IMG/VR virus record: IMGVR_UViG_3300009095_000015
Span: 10,260-74,259 of that record
DNA from: a virus
Taxonomy: Duplodnaviria; Caudoviricetes
Strand: one strand, 5' to 3'
Length of the DNA stretch: 64,000 bases
Within the stretch, counting starts at the first letter, position 1. Each line of letters opens with the position of its first letter. The notes beneath the pieces are model-generated. The model saw only the letters and a list, made by a program, of their open reading frames with translations. It made no database searches and was not told the origin of the DNA. A program made the translations under genes and the position numbers. Positions 45,169 through 55,511 of the stretch are shown here, one piece after another.

Positions 45169-48100
45169 TATCTACTCCGACCCTTAGCAAGCATGCCAAT
45201 TGGAACGCTACTGCCAGACCCACCGCCACCAGAACCTAACCTCCCCCCGCCGCCCGAATAAAGTTTCGAAACAGCAAGCGCAGCTGGTCTAGCAATTGTG
45301 GTATCTTCGTGTGCAGCAAGCAACATAGCTTGATACTCTTCGACTTGTAGGCCCCAAAGGCAAAGGCATACTGCCCGCCACAAGTCATCAGTGTACCCGT
45401 CTCCTTTATTCACAGTTTTTAGCGCGTCCTTGACTGTGAACATTTGCTTGTACAGGTGTGCAATAGGTTTGCCATCGTAAAAATCACGATAGTCAGAGTC
45501 TTTAGCCTCAAGCAACTCGGCCACGTTCATTTCAGAACGCGGTGTGACGATAACACCTTGCTCCATCCGCGTTTTAATGCCAACAAAATCAACGTATTTC
45601 AAGCTGTATTGTTTGGCAACGAACGAAAGCGTACCATCCGGCATTTCCTGAACATCCATATCCAGCGAGGCATCGTCAAGTAGCTTCAAGCTGTTCCACC
45701 GGTCAGCTAGCAAAACCTTGACGTTACGCGCCTTCAGGATGGGCAGAATTACTTCGGAATAAACGAGGCTGTGGTTAATGCGGTATCCGGGGCGAGGAAT
45801 GACTTCAGCAGCGAAGTCTAGCTTTAAATTAAAGCCGTCCGTCGTCCCGCCCGCGATAGCAAACGAGTTATCAACTGCACCAGCGTCAATTGCCACTAGC
45901 GATGGTTTACCAGACTTCTTAACCTTTACGTCACCATACATGTAAGACTGCCCTTGAGTCTTACTGGTCTTGAAAACGGGTTCGATGTGTACCGGGTTCT
46001 TTTTCGTTCCTTCACAAGCCATGATTGCTTTGTGGCTTGTAAGGAATGGGTTAGAGACCATTGGTGGGTTTGCGCCGAAGTTTTTATCGGCAGATACAGG
46101 GTCTTTCCGGTACTGTTCGGTAATGAACTTGGAATTGCGCTTGAAGTTCGGGTTCACTTCCCATGTGGCGCGGGTTACGCCATACATGGAATTGGACTCA
46201 CGCGCACGATCAAGCAAAACGTGGATCATGTCACTACGGGCAACCGGTGACGTTACGTTCATGAAATAAGCAGGATAAACGTCGTTGAAGCCGCGTTCCA
46301 ACAACTGTTCTGCCGCAGTGCGAACCGTAGCAAGGCTGTTAGCAAGGGCGTCGTAAATTTCGTAGCCGTTAACCTTTACTTTCGCGCTATCTCGTTCGGC
46401 ATCGAAATACGCGATTTCATCGATACTGTTTTTGGCGATCACTCCGTTCGCCGTAAACATTTCATCCTTAGCATCGACGGAGATATCGTAAACCCACTGG
46501 TCTTCGATTGGCGTTACACTGACCACTTCTACCCAAACAATGTTAGGGTCGAGACCAGTCCACACTTGCCGGCCGAACCCATCACGGACGTAAATCGATT
46601 TGTCCGTGTAAGGAACTTGAAACTCTCGGCCTGTAGTGTAGTAGTCGCGCTTTCCGATCAAGTGTGTGTAGCTTTTATGATCCTCGCGTTTTGTGAACCC
46701 ATCGTAATCGTTTTCCAGAAAACGGTTGGTGCTGTCACGGCTCAGGATAACCTGATACTGTTTACTGGCCCCTTGTTGCGTGCTCTCGTAAATTCGCGAA
46801 AAATAGCCGCAGCGCGATAGCAGCATTTGATACTGCTTAGCCATTTCACGGCTGTTAGTGCTGTAGTAGAGCATTTGGCCGGGGCTGGTGAATCCACCGT
46901 CCGTGATATAGCACGCATTCAAGTACGCAACCACACAGCTACGTGGCGCTTCTAGAATAGACCATGGGATAGTTTTGTTATTTGCCTCCGAGCCTTTCGT
47001 CAATCCAAGGAAACGGAAAAATCCTTTTACTTCCTTCGTCCCCATGTTGACCCGGTAGTAAGAACACCCGTCATTGTTGGTATAGTTAGCCAGCGACAAA
47101 TCAACGTTGAAGACGTGCGCCATATACTCAACAAAACGATCTGCCTTTTCTCGGCTGGTTGTACTGTACGTAAATTCATGATCGTTTTTATAGTTGCCGT
47201 CTGCGACCATGCAGCCAATAATATATGCCAGTTCTTCAGTCATATACAAAGGTGCATCAAAGGCGTATTTGCGGGTTGCTTGCAAACCCGTACCACGCAC
47301 TAGGTCTAGACAACGATCCTGCGAAGCAACAACGGTAAAAATGTAAGGCTTGCGACAGCCTGTACTTTCTTTGGTTAGTGCACTTCCTGATGCAAGCGCG
47401 GCCATGACAGAGTTAATGCCGGCCAGCTTTGGAAGCTTACGTTTTTCTGCCGCCTCTAGCAGTTCCGCTTTTGTGAATTTCTTCAACTCACACATAAGCC
47501 TTACGTACTTGGAACTTGTGGAATCAGCGGGCTTGCCTGTGTCGTACTGCAATTCAAGTTCAGCAGGGAACTCTCCACCTAACGTAACACCAACAAAACG
47601 CCCTACTAGGTCGCGAGCCTTCACCCTAGTAGTTTTCAAGTTTTCCTTGATCGATAGAACTTTGTGATCGTCAGTTACGTCAAGCTCCATTCCGTTCTTG
47701 AGCTTAATGCGGACGACGTTAGTGGCCCACTTGGTTCGCTGCCAATTCGTAATCTTGCGCTTACTAGAACCTCGGATCGTTTGCATCCCAACCAAATCGG
47801 GATCGTCAATTCGAATCAATCCGTAGTTGGTAGAAACGAGAGTATTCGCCGCGTAGCACGCAAACACACGGGTGCGCCCTCTCATGACACGCTTATCCGG
47901 CCCCATTGGGTACGCGGCCAAAGATCGTACGCGATAATCCACGTAAGCATCTGAGAGTTTGAAAAGCTTTTCGCCGTAAACGTTTTCGTAGTGCTTCAGC
48001 ATCGAATGATACTGGTTAAACCACGACGTTTGTGTGAGCGCCCCGTGAAAGGGAGTCCACAGCGTATCTTTCGCTTGGGTATAAGTAAGGGCCGCAAAAG

Positions 48101-49463
48101 TGCCTTGCAGCATTGTGGTACGCGAAAGCCCGTAGAATTGTGGCGGACGTTGCAGCTTCAGCAGCCGGTGCATGTAGTACGGCATCAGGTAGGTGCCAAC
48201 TGTGTGCGATTTACCGCTGTTGTGATTCAAAAAGCCGTTAGCGATGAACGAATGCGTTTCCGGGACACGGAAGTCGAAGGTTTCATACATGCCCGCAGCT
48301 GTTACGGACTTCACTTTATCCGCAATTACACCGGTCGAAGGCCGCTGCCAATCGAAATTTTCCCATTCCTCTTCAGAGAAGCGAATCACGGGGCCGTCGA
48401 TGCTATGAGGATACCCAGCATTCAGCAACATCGTACTAACGTCGCGAAGTGCTTGCGTGGCGGTGAAAGCGTGCACAGGGCCGCCGTGGAAGATACCGCG
48501 CAAAAACGCGTAAGTCGATTGTTCGTTCAAGACGCGGAATCGCGTGGGGACTTCACCTTCGTTGAAGGCGCGACCGCGCATGCGAGCATCGTCAAGCTTC
48601 ATAGCACGGAAGCTGAAAATGCGCTGGCCGTAATGGATGTTAAGGTTGGTGCCATCTTGCATTTCACCGAGTTTTACGAAGCCGTGCTCCGTAAAGATCG
48701 GATGCTCTGGTGTACCGATAACACAAAAACCGCGCTCAGTTTGCAGCTTCAAAACTGCTTCTGGCGCGGCCCGGAAAATATGTGAGGTAAACTCCATTTC
48801 TTTGGAGTTGTGGATTTGCGTGTAGAACTCAGAGAATCCCAAAGGCGCAGTTGGCGGGCAAATCTCACCCATGCGCAGCAGGCCGTTGCTTGTGATAACC
48901 AAGGTCTCACCAACAACACACCGCTGTCCAGCGTTCACTGCCAGCTCGTTGATGAATCGCATTTTGCCATTTTTGATGGCTTTGCCGCGAGTCATCTTGC
49001 AGTTCGGGCAGACACCGTTCTCAAAGAATGCGACTTTACGCTCGGCTTTTGCGTAGGAGTCATCTACTTTGTGCTTGTCGAAAAGCCACTCCAAGTCACT
49101 GCACCGTGGGCAGTATTCGTTGAATGTGATAATGCCCCAAAGCAATTGCTCTAGGAACGGGCGCTCGTCACCGATGGTCCCATATTTGTCTTGTGTTACC
49201 CAGCTGTAGAAGTTCGGCGCCAGTGGAATATCACCGTCGTCAATCTTCATGTCCTTCGGTACTACGATCTTGCTATCCACCAGCTCACGAATTTGCCGGC
49301 AAATATCAATCTCGCTGTCTACGGACGCGGCAGCTACGATAGAAGAGGCTGCCGATTTCCCGATGTTCGCAATGTCATCGTGAGTGTTCTTAAATCCGGT
49401 CTCTTTCAAAGAGAGAAGGTAATCAAACGGAGACTGCCCTTCTGTTGGTTTTAGCAACTTCAT
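45168..49463 (-). CDS. terL: terminase large subunit with two inteins (precursor 1431 aa; spliced ~720 aa)
   Basis: Walker A GQR|SGKS and Walker B VFA|SIDE restored after splicing; nuclease DAG..DN, D and DD motifs; N-terminal CPRC/CPNC. Confidence 0.92.
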   Translation of the reverse strand: MKLLKPTEGQSPFDYLLSLKETGFKNTHDDIANIGKSAASSIVAAASVDSEIDICRQIRELVDSKIVVPKDMKIDDGDIPLAPNFYSWVTQDKYGTIGDERPFLEQLLWGIITFNEYCPRCSDLEWLFDKHKVDDSYAKAERKVAFFENGVCPNCKMTRGKAIKNGKMRFINELAVNAGQRCVVGETLVITSNGLLRMGEICPPTAPLGFSEFYTQIHNSKEMEFTSHIFRAAPEAVLKLQTERGFCVIGTPEHPIFTEHGFVKLGEMQDGTNLNIHYGQRIFSFRAMKLDDARMRGRAFNEGEVPTRFRVLNEQSTYAFLRGIFHGGPVHAFTATQALRDVSTMLLNAGYPHSIDGPVIRFSEEEWENFDWQRPSTGVIADKVKSVTAAGMYETFDFRVPETHSFIANGFLNHNSGKSHTVGTYLMPYYMHRLLKLQRPPQFYGLSRTTMLQGTFAALTYTQAKDTLWTPFHGALTQTSWFNQYHSMLKHYENVYGEKLFKLSDAYVDYRVRSLAAYPMGPDKRVMRGRTRVFACYAANTLVSTNYGLIRIDDPDLVGMQTIRGSSKRKITNWQRTKWATNVVRIKLKNGMELDVTDDHKVLSIKENLKTTRVKARDLVGRFVGVTLGGEFPAELELQYDTGKPADSTSSKYVRLMCELKKFTKAELLEAAEKRKLPKLAGINSVMAALASGSALTKESTGCRKPYIFTVVASQDRCLDLVRGTGLQATRKYAFDAPLYMTEELAYIIGCMVADGNYKNDHEFTYSTTSREKADRFVEYMAHVFNVDLSLANYTNNDGCSYYRVNMGTKEVKGFFRFLGLTKGSEANNKTIPWSILEAPRSCVVAYLNACYITDGGFTSPGQMLYYSTNSREMAKQYQMLLSRCGYFSRIYESTQQGASKQYQVILSRDSTNRFLENDYDGFTKREDHKSYTHLIGKRDYYTTGREFQVPYTDKSIYVRDGFGRQVWTGLDPNIVWVEVVSVTPIEDQWVYDISVDAKDEMFTANGVIAKNSIDEIAYFDAERDSAKVKVNGYEIYDALANSLATVRTAAEQLLERGFNDVYPAYFMNVTSPVARSDMIHVLLDRARESNSMYGVTRATWEVNPNFKRNSKFITEQYRKDPVSADKNFGANPPMVSNPFLTSHKAIMACEGTKKNPVHIEPVFKTSKTQGQSYMYGDVKVKKSGKPSLVAIDAGAVDNSFAIAGGTTDGFNLKLDFAAEVIPRPGYRINHSLVYSEVILPILKARNVKVLLADRWNSLKLLDDASLDMDVQEMPDGTLSFVAKQYSLKYVDFVGIKTRMEQGVIVTPRSEMNVAELLEAKDSDYRDFYDGKPIAHLYKQMFTVKDALKTVNKGDGYTDDLWRAVCLCLWGLQVEEYQAMLLAAHEDTTIARPAALAVSKLYSGGGGRLGSGGGGSGSSVPIGMLAKGRSR
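46428..47858 (-). mobile_element. intein 2 (477 aa) next to the TerL Walker B, with LAGLIDADG endonuclease
   Basis: Begins CYAANTLV and ends VYDISV...FTANGVIAKN before Ser; motifs LAYIIGCMVADG and YLNACYITDG. Confidence 0.92.
48219..48920 (-). mobile_element. intein 1 (234 aa) in the TerL Walker A, with eroded homing endonuclease
   Basis: Begins CVVGETLV and ends HSFIANGFLNHN before Ser; only one LAGLIDADG-like remnant (FLRGIFHGG). Confidence 0.9.
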
Positions 49464-50283
49464 TATTCATGAACCTCGATCTACGAATACCCATAGTCGT
49501 CGTCGGCGCTTCTTCCATGCCGGTTTCTTTTTTAACACGGGCGTGGAACAGGTTGGATGAAGCATCCATCATGCGGCGCGCCCGCTCACCGTTATCGTGA
49601 GTAGCCATAGCCTTGACGGTTTCATGGGCAAGCAAGTTCGTGACTTGCTTGAGATACTTTTCTTTGTATTGCGCGGGCATGTGCATCTTTTCAACAACAT
49701 CGCACAGTTGTTGAAGTCGAGAGACGTGCGTAAATGCGCTATAGATGGCTTTGTCGGGTTCGATATCGACGTTAACCCCATCGCGCAGGGCGGCCTCTAC
49801 GTAGGTTGATGCAGAATCCAGAGCGTGCAGAACGGAAGCCGCATTATACAGACTATCTTGAAATGATCCTTTATGTTCGGAACGGGCTTCGTTAAATAGG
49901 GCGAGTTCTGAATCTGGAACAATTACTTCGTTACGCGCCAGCGGAAGCTCGTGGTTGCCTGAGTAGTTAACACCTTCCAACTCAAAGCCTTGAGGCTCGT
50001 CGTCAGGCAATTCCATTTCGATGGTTTCACCGGACAAGTGCCAAATAGGCTCGGCAGGGTCGCCCAAATAAATGCCCGGATCGGGCGGGACGTAGCTGTG
50101 TTTGACGTAAACGTAAGTAGCGCCCGTAGGCGCTACTCCGTCAGTTCCAAAAACATCACCGGCAATACGTTCGATTTTCTCCCTAGCTGAGAGCTGGTGG
50201 CCCATCGTCAGTATCGTGAAGTTGTTTTGACTTCTTTTTCTTTCTTTTTGGCGTCTCGTCGCCTTTTTCTTCGTCGTCTTCAT
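49423..50283 (-). CDS. hypothetical protein upstream of TerL (start uncertain)
   Basis: Long ORF overlapping helicase and TerL; the position would fit a small terminase, but no motif supports that. Confidence 0.55.
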   Translation of the reverse strand: MKTTKKKATRRQKERKRSQNNFTILTMGHQLSAREKIERIAGDVFGTDGVAPTGATYVYVKHSYVPPDPGIYLGDPAEPIWHLSGETIEMELPDDEPQGFELEGVNYSGNHELPLARNEVIVPDSELALFNEARSEHKGSFQDSLYNAASVLHALDSASTYVEAALRDGVNVDIEPDKAIYSAFTHVSRLQQLCDVVEKMHMPAQYKEKYLKQVTNLLAHETVKAMATHDNGERARRMMDASSNLFHARVKKETGMEEAPTTTMGIRRSRFMNNEVAKTNRRAVSV

Positions 50284-51565
50284 AGGCCAGCGTATTCTCC
50301 GATTCCCCGATGTTAGAGGCCGTCATAACATCATAACGTTCCTCCAGTTCGAAGGAATACAATTCCGCGTCACGGTCCTTGGCAACTACAACAGGCAGAA
50401 TGCGCAGTTCACGCTGCTCAGGCTTGGTGTAGTTCCACTGCCACAAAACGTCGGCGTGTTCTTTCATACCGCGAGAATAACGCAGCTTATCGCTGTCATC
50501 ATCCAACTGCGCAAGCAGAATGACAAGGGCGCCCGTTTCACGCGAATAGTTTTTCGCAACGCGGGCGGCATCCATCAGTGCCCTCCACTGATCCTTGCCC
50601 TCGTCGTCCAGCAGACCCACGTAGTCAACCACCAACACTTTGTATCCGAAGGGCTTCGCCATGCGGATGGTGCTATCCATCGTCATGTTAGCTTTCGGGC
50701 TGAACGTCGTGTAGTTAATGCCGTGCTTTTTGCCGTGTGCCCGGAACTCGTTGTATTTCTTTTTAATCAGCGCCTTGTCGGTGACTGTGAGCTTTGCTTG
50801 CGTGAACTTTTTCAGCGGAATCTTCGTCAAGTGCGAGAGAAGGCGCTGTGTTTCTTGCAAGTCTTGCATTTCCAGAGTCACACGGAATGTACTAAGGTTG
50901 TTTTCCATGTACATGTAGCGACAGATGTTCATGGCCAACGTCGATTTACCACCGGACGTTGTTGCCGCCAGAATCACCACGCCGCTTTCAGGGAAACCAC
51001 CCGAGCGCTCGTCGTAGTCCCGGAACCCTGTTTTGATTCGCGGGATAACTTCGTTATTCAGAATCGAATCTACAACTGCCTCTGAAGTGTCGTTCGCACC
51101 GAAGTGCAGGAAAAACTCTTCCTCGCCGGATGTTGAATTGACGCGGGATAGCGCGCCGGACAGACTGGAAACCAAAGCCTCCATATCCACCGCTGATTCT
51201 TCCATCTTATCTAAGACGTTGGCAGCCGCAAAATACAGCAGGCGCAGCTTACGATAATGGCTAAGAGTTTCGAGGGTTTCACGCCAAGCCTTGCTGTTGC
51301 GACAGGGTTTTTCCCTTGTCGTTTTCAGCATTGCCCGCATGTCTTCGTCTAGGGTCGGGTCTTCTAGCAGACTTTTAAAGCTGACGATCGTGAAACGTTT
51401 TCTCGCCAATTTGTCTACGCGTTCGAAAATGCGTTTGTAAATCGGCGAGTGAAACATTTCCGCATTCAGCTTGCCCAACCATAGCGTTCGCTTATCTTCT
51501 TTGATTCGTTCGTTGGTGATGGACAACAACGCACGAAGTTCTGCGGAATCGCTATGTAACTGCAT
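50183..51565 (-). CDS. dnaB: DnaB-like replicative helicase
   Basis: IKTGF..YD...GGF, AATTSGGKST (Walker A), VVDYV (Walker B), LAQL and VAKDRD. Confidence 0.92.
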   Translation of the reverse strand: MQLHSDSAELRALLSITNERIKEDKRTLWLGKLNAEMFHSPIYKRIFERVDKLARKRFTIVSFKSLLEDPTLDEDMRAMLKTTREKPCRNSKAWRETLETLSHYRKLRLLYFAAANVLDKMEESAVDMEALVSSLSGALSRVNSTSGEEEFFLHFGANDTSEAVVDSILNNEVIPRIKTGFRDYDERSGGFPESGVVILAATTSGGKSTLAMNICRYMYMENNLSTFRVTLEMQDLQETQRLLSHLTKIPLKKFTQAKLTVTDKALIKKKYNEFRAHGKKHGINYTTFSPKANMTMDSTIRMAKPFGYKVLVVDYVGLLDDEGKDQWRALMDAARVAKNYSRETGALVILLAQLDDDSDKLRYSRGMKEHADVLWQWNYTKPEQRELRILPVVVAKDRDAELYSFELEERYDVMTASNIGESENTLAYEDDEEKGDETPKRKKKKSKQLHDTDDGPPALS

Positions 51566-51575
51566 ACAGGCTCAC

Positions 51576-51959
51576 TTATGCGATGTTCGCAACGTATTTT
51601 TGATAACGTCTCCAGAAGCGTTGCTTTCGCGCAATCGCATTCACGTGGACACGGCCCTCAGCGTCATCCTTGACGTTACACGTACCGACCACGCCCAAGA
51701 TGCGAAGTGAGGCCAAGGCATCGTTGAACTCAGCGGCGCTTACGTTCGGAGCAAGGCGCTGTATTTTGGTCAGCAGTCGCGCGTTGGTTTGGTTGTGCCC
51801 TTCGGAAATGCTATCGAATAACGCTTTGATGAGAGAGCGCTTGAAGTCCGTGCTCGAATCGGTTTTCCAGATGCCGAGCGCCTGCTTATCGAGAGCGGCA
51901 AGCTCAGCAGTGTTATTTTCAGCAAGCATCATACGTACCCCAGTGCTGGCCGTAGGCAT
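51576..51959 (-). CDS. hypothetical protein (127 aa)
   Basis: In-operon ORF. Confidence 0.55.
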   Translation of the reverse strand: MPTASTGVRMMLAENNTAELAALDKQALGIWKTDSSTDFKRSLIKALFDSISEGHNQTNARLLTKIQRLAPNVSAAEFNDALASLRILGVVGTCNVKDDAEGRVHVNAIARKQRFWRRYQKYVANIA

Positions 51960-53026
51960 TTGGCAATGTAGCTAATAAATTTTTCGAATTCTTTTCGCAT
52001 CAGGCCGACATACTCAGCGACAGCCTCGAAGAAAGTCTTACGGCTTACGCGGTTGGCAAAATCATGCTGATCCTGACCGGGCTTGATCTTGCCCATGCGC
52101 TCAAGGTGCAGGCAGAATCCGCGACTTTCGTAACCGGAAAGAAGCTGCAATGCTTTACGGCGACGGCCGTTGAACCGCGAGATAAAGCGGTCGAAAGACA
52201 GCTGTTCGAAACTGCGCTCGTGTGCCTCAGAAGAAATCGGGTTGCCGATATCCTCATAACTGAATTCCATATCCGGCAAGACGCGGGTTTGGTTTTCAGA
52301 TTCGCACTTCAGCGAGAACTTGGAACCGCCGAAACCGTCAGAGCCGTCGTTGTGCATGCGTCGGCGCTTGACCGTCGTGTAAGACTCAATCATGTTCAGC
52401 GCATGCGTTGTGCACGAAGCGCGAAGACGGTTTGTAACGTGAGCTTCAGCCATCTTGGTCGGGATCATGCGGTGATAAACGCACAACGCCTTGCACAGAA
52501 TTTCGCCGTAGAAATCGTGACGTTCGATGTTTTCAGCCTTGAGCAAGAAAGTCAGCTTTTTACTAACCTTATTCTTGATGTGAGGGTTTATCTTGGCGAG
52601 GTATTCCTGAAAGCGGGCCTTGTCCTTACGCATAGCACTGGGCACAACATCAGCGCGTGTCAGCTCCCATTCGGCAGCCGCATCGCGTATAGCAGCACGC
52701 TTTGCTCGCGACCCCATGAATTGCAGCACAGCGTCACAGTCTTCGGCGTCCAGCAATTCGCGCACATAGGCTTCAGCGCGCTTCAGCGGGTACAACGCAC
52801 AGCACAGCACGGCGTACTTGATGTTAACCGTCAGATACTCGCTTTCGAGAAGAGTCAGACGGAAATCCTTTGCGCTGAGGCCGGCAGTTTCCAAGTTGGC
52901 ATTCTTGGCGTTCCGCTGAAACTGGTACGCGTTGGTTACGTTAGAGAGGTAGAAAATCGATTCAGTTAGAATCTGCTCAACATTCGCGGCTCTGAAATCG
53001 AAACTACGGATATGAGAAACGAGCAT
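51929..53026 (-). CDS. possible highly divergent sigma-factor-like protein (365 aa)
   Basis: Weak region-2-like segment (DFYGEIL..AL.VY...N....) and C-terminal FD.FI..F..RRRKAL.L; ORF certain, function tentative. Confidence 0.35.
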   Translation of the reverse strand: MLVSHIRSFDFRAANVEQILTESIFYLSNVTNAYQFQRNAKNANLETAGLSAKDFRLTLLESEYLTVNIKYAVLCCALYPLKRAEAYVRELLDAEDCDAVLQFMGSRAKRAAIRDAAAEWELTRADVVPSAMRKDKARFQEYLAKINPHIKNKVSKKLTFLLKAENIERHDFYGEILCKALCVYHRMIPTKMAEAHVTNRLRASCTTHALNMIESYTTVKRRRMHNDGSDGFGGSKFSLKCESENQTRVLPDMEFSYEDIGNPISSEAHERSFEQLSFDRFISRFNGRRRKALQLLSGYESRGFCLHLERMGKIKPGQDQHDFANRVSRKTFFEAVAEYVGLMRKEFEKFISYIAKCLRPALGYV

Positions 53027-53031
53027 TGTTC

Positions 53032-53925
53032 TTAACCCTGCAAACGAATGGTACGGGAGGATGACTTGGAAACCGGAGCTTCTACTTCTTCTTCATCGTC
53101 GAAATCTTCGTCGTAGTAGTCTTCGTCCTCACGATCAACGAAATCTTCCTCTTCACCGTCACCGAACGTACTGGCCGCCATAGCCACAGCATTGAGCATC
53201 TGGTCCGTACCGGGCGCTTTTCGCGTTTTGATCTTGCTGCTCTTAAACACAGAGTCGATTGTGGTCAATTCTCCAGCTAAACTTTCAGAGGAAATGTTTA
53301 GCTCATATTCTTCCTCACAGCGGAAGCGTCGAGACAACAGAGATTCAACATCAGGGTCGATCAGTTTGCTCTGCGCAACCATCTTTGCGCGCTTGGGTTC
53401 GAATTCCTCTTCTGTGTAAAGAGTCGGCATGCGCTCGCGGGAGTACGTGAGCACGCAACGAAAATCCTTCGACACAAGCTTAACGATATCCTTGGAAGCA
53501 ACCATTACATAGGCTTCCATGAAATTCGACAGGTAATCAGAACCCGCCAAACCGCGATACCGCACATAAACCCGCTGCATGAATCGCATCCCCATACGTC
53601 GCGTGCGGCTGGCCCCTGCAAAAAGCAAACTGAAAATCTTCAGGCCGCGATCATCCATATTGTTGATGATGTTCGCAACCAGATCGAGGTTCGTAGCGTC
53701 CCCACGCAAGTCCTCGACAACAGGGATAAATTTCGGGCAAGCGGTATGGATACGCTCCTTACCGGCTTTAGAGCATACTGTTTTTTGGCCTTCGATCAGC
53801 ACGTCATGGCAAAATCCGCTACAGTCACCACAGATTTTTGATGGAACCATTGCGGCTTTTACTTTGGCGTTTATGTTCTTCTGAATGGTCATTTTTGATA
53901 AAGCCCTTAGCCCTAAGATGTTCAC
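53032..53925 (-). CDS. hypothetical protein with CxxC/C cluster and acidic C-terminus (start possibly later)
   Basis: ICGDC.GFC...C...C. Confidence 0.6.
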   Translation of the reverse strand: MNILGLRALSKMTIQKNINAKVKAAMVPSKICGDCSGFCHDVLIEGQKTVCSKAGKERIHTACPKFIPVVEDLRGDATNLDLVANIINNMDDRGLKIFSLLFAGASRTRRMGMRFMQRVYVRYRGLAGSDYLSNFMEAYVMVASKDIVKLVSKDFRCVLTYSRERMPTLYTEEEFEPKRAKMVAQSKLIDPDVESLLSRRFRCEEEYELNISSESLAGELTTIDSVFKSSKIKTRKAPGTDQMLNAVAMAASTFGDGEEEDFVDREDEDYYDEDFDDEEEVEAPVSKSSSRTIRLQG

Positions 53926-54328
53926 TCAATGCGAGAATGATAGCCTTTTCCAGAGACTTCAAACCGCTATCCATTTTGAATAATTGGAGTGCATGGTGCA
54001 ATGCGGGCGGCGCACCGAACGACATAACGTACTTCTTACCAGCTACGTTAGTGCCGCTCAGGATGGCGTTCACCAAGATTTCAAGCCAAGGTGCCGCATT
54101 GTTTTCTTCTGTACTGTTTGCCCAGTACGTTCTGTTTACTGCTCGCCCCGAGCGAAGCTTGGCAACAATGGCCTCAGCATTCGCGTGCAGTAAATTGTGG
54201 CATTGTGCGCATAGTGGTATTTGTTTGCTGTCCTCCCCGCCCAAAGCCTGCGGTATTGTGTGATGCCAATGCAGCAGGCTGAAATACTTTTCACAGATCG
54301 TACAATCGCCACTGACTTGCTTTGCCAT
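53825..54328 (-). CDS. HNH endonuclease-domain protein
   Basis: CTIC.....HWHH.IP..LGG......LCAQCHNLLH. Confidence 0.85.
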   Translation of the reverse strand: MAKQVSGDCTICEKYFSLLHWHHTIPQALGGEDSKQIPLCAQCHNLLHANAEAIVAKLRSGRAVNRTYWANSTEENNAAPWLEILVNAILSGTNVAGKKYVMSFGAPPALHHALQLFKMDSGLKSLEKAIILALSEHLRAKGFIKNDHSEEHKRQSKSRNGSIKNLW

Positions 54329-54329
54329 G

Positions 54330-55511
54330 TCAGGAAGCGGTCATATCGTGGCGCGGAATGTCCCAATCGACTTTGCGGTTGCGCAGTCGCTTATCCAGTT
54401 CGGCGCGTTGATGCTCGGAAATGATCCACATAAGAGCAAGATTTGCATTACGTGGATTACGGACAACGGTGTGCGACGCCAGTGCGTATTTTACGCTGGA
54501 TCGCTCGTTGATGCTGTTCAGAATGCTGGCGAGGGTGTTAGCCTGCTTCATTTCTTCACTACGCGACATTTTGAACTTCTTCTTGTCGCGGTGGCCGCTA
54601 ATACCGAAGACCTTTTCCATGTCGATAACCAACAGGTATTGGTTTTCAAGCACGATGAAGTGGTCGCCAATCACTGTAACGTCAAAGCCGGCGTTGGTCA
54701 GCTTGCTCGGATCGCGATACGCGGCAATGTCGTGAAAAAGCGGAACGACTGGAAAACGCACAGCAGAAAAAGCGCCCTTGATTTTGACAGGCAACCGGCT
54801 GTTGATGTTTTTGTAGGAATCGACCAAAGCACGGAACTCGTCGTCAGTCTTTTGCACGTAATGACGAGTAAAAGTAACGGCTTGCTTGATGCCTTCGCGC
54901 GTGTTAGGGGTAGAGAAAACCTGCACAACCAACTCCCCGATATCAGCGCGCAGAGCGTCCAAATCGAGGCGCCGTAGCTCGTCAAGGCTAAGCTCAAGCA
55001 AAACGCGTTTAACAGTAGCAACGTCGCGCTCGTGCTCTTCGGTATGAACTTTCTTAACGCGGCGTGTTTCCTGTGTACCCAACACTCGAATTTTTTCGAA
55101 CGTAACGCGCGGTTCGAGTTTGAGCTTTTCGAGGATAGAATCGACTTCGGCGTCTTTGACAGAGCTTTCGTGAGTGTCGCGGATTTGTTCACGGTGCGTA
55201 TCGGACAAACTGCCGGCCTGCATGGTCTGCAAACCCTTGTTGAAAACCGCAAACTTATCGCGGCTAATGATACGCAATTCTTTGAGGGTCAGCTCGCGTT
55301 CATCCAAAGCTACACGGCAGCTTTGAGCGAGCGAACGAATACGGCTAAGCAAGGAAGCTGAGCCGGAAGGTTTGTGCCTTTGGTTAGATAGCGTTATGGA
55401 TTCACGCTCGATAGAACCGAGGATTGCGGCATATTTGGTGCGAGAACGCACTTCACCTGCCGCTAGTGTTGCTTCAAGCTGATTCAACAGCTGTATCAAT
55501 TGATCGAACAT
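54330..55511 (-). CDS. hypothetical protein (393 aa)
   Basis: Long helical ORF downstream of a sigma70-type promoter. Confidence 0.7.
   Translation of the reverse strand: MFDQLIQLLNQLEATLAAGEVRSRTKYAAILGSIERESITLSNQRHKPSGSASLLSRIRSLAQSCRVALDERELTLKELRIISRDKFAVFNKGLQTMQAGSLSDTHREQIRDTHESSVKDAEVDSILEKLKLEPRVTFEKIRVLGTQETRRVKKVHTEEHERDVATVKRVLLELSLDELRRLDLDALRADIGELVVQVFSTPNTREGIKQAVTFTRHYVQKTDDEFRALVDSYKNINSRLPVKIKGAFSAVRFPVVPLFHDIAAYRDPSKLTNAGFDVTVIGDHFIVLENQYLLVIDMEKVFGISGHRDKKKFKMSRSEEMKQANTLASILNSINERSSVKYALASHTVVRNPRNANLALMWIISEHQRAELDKRLRNRKVDWDIPRHDMTAS

Noticed and set aside
49423-50283. Small terminase assignment
   Set aside because: Supported by position only; no motif evidence
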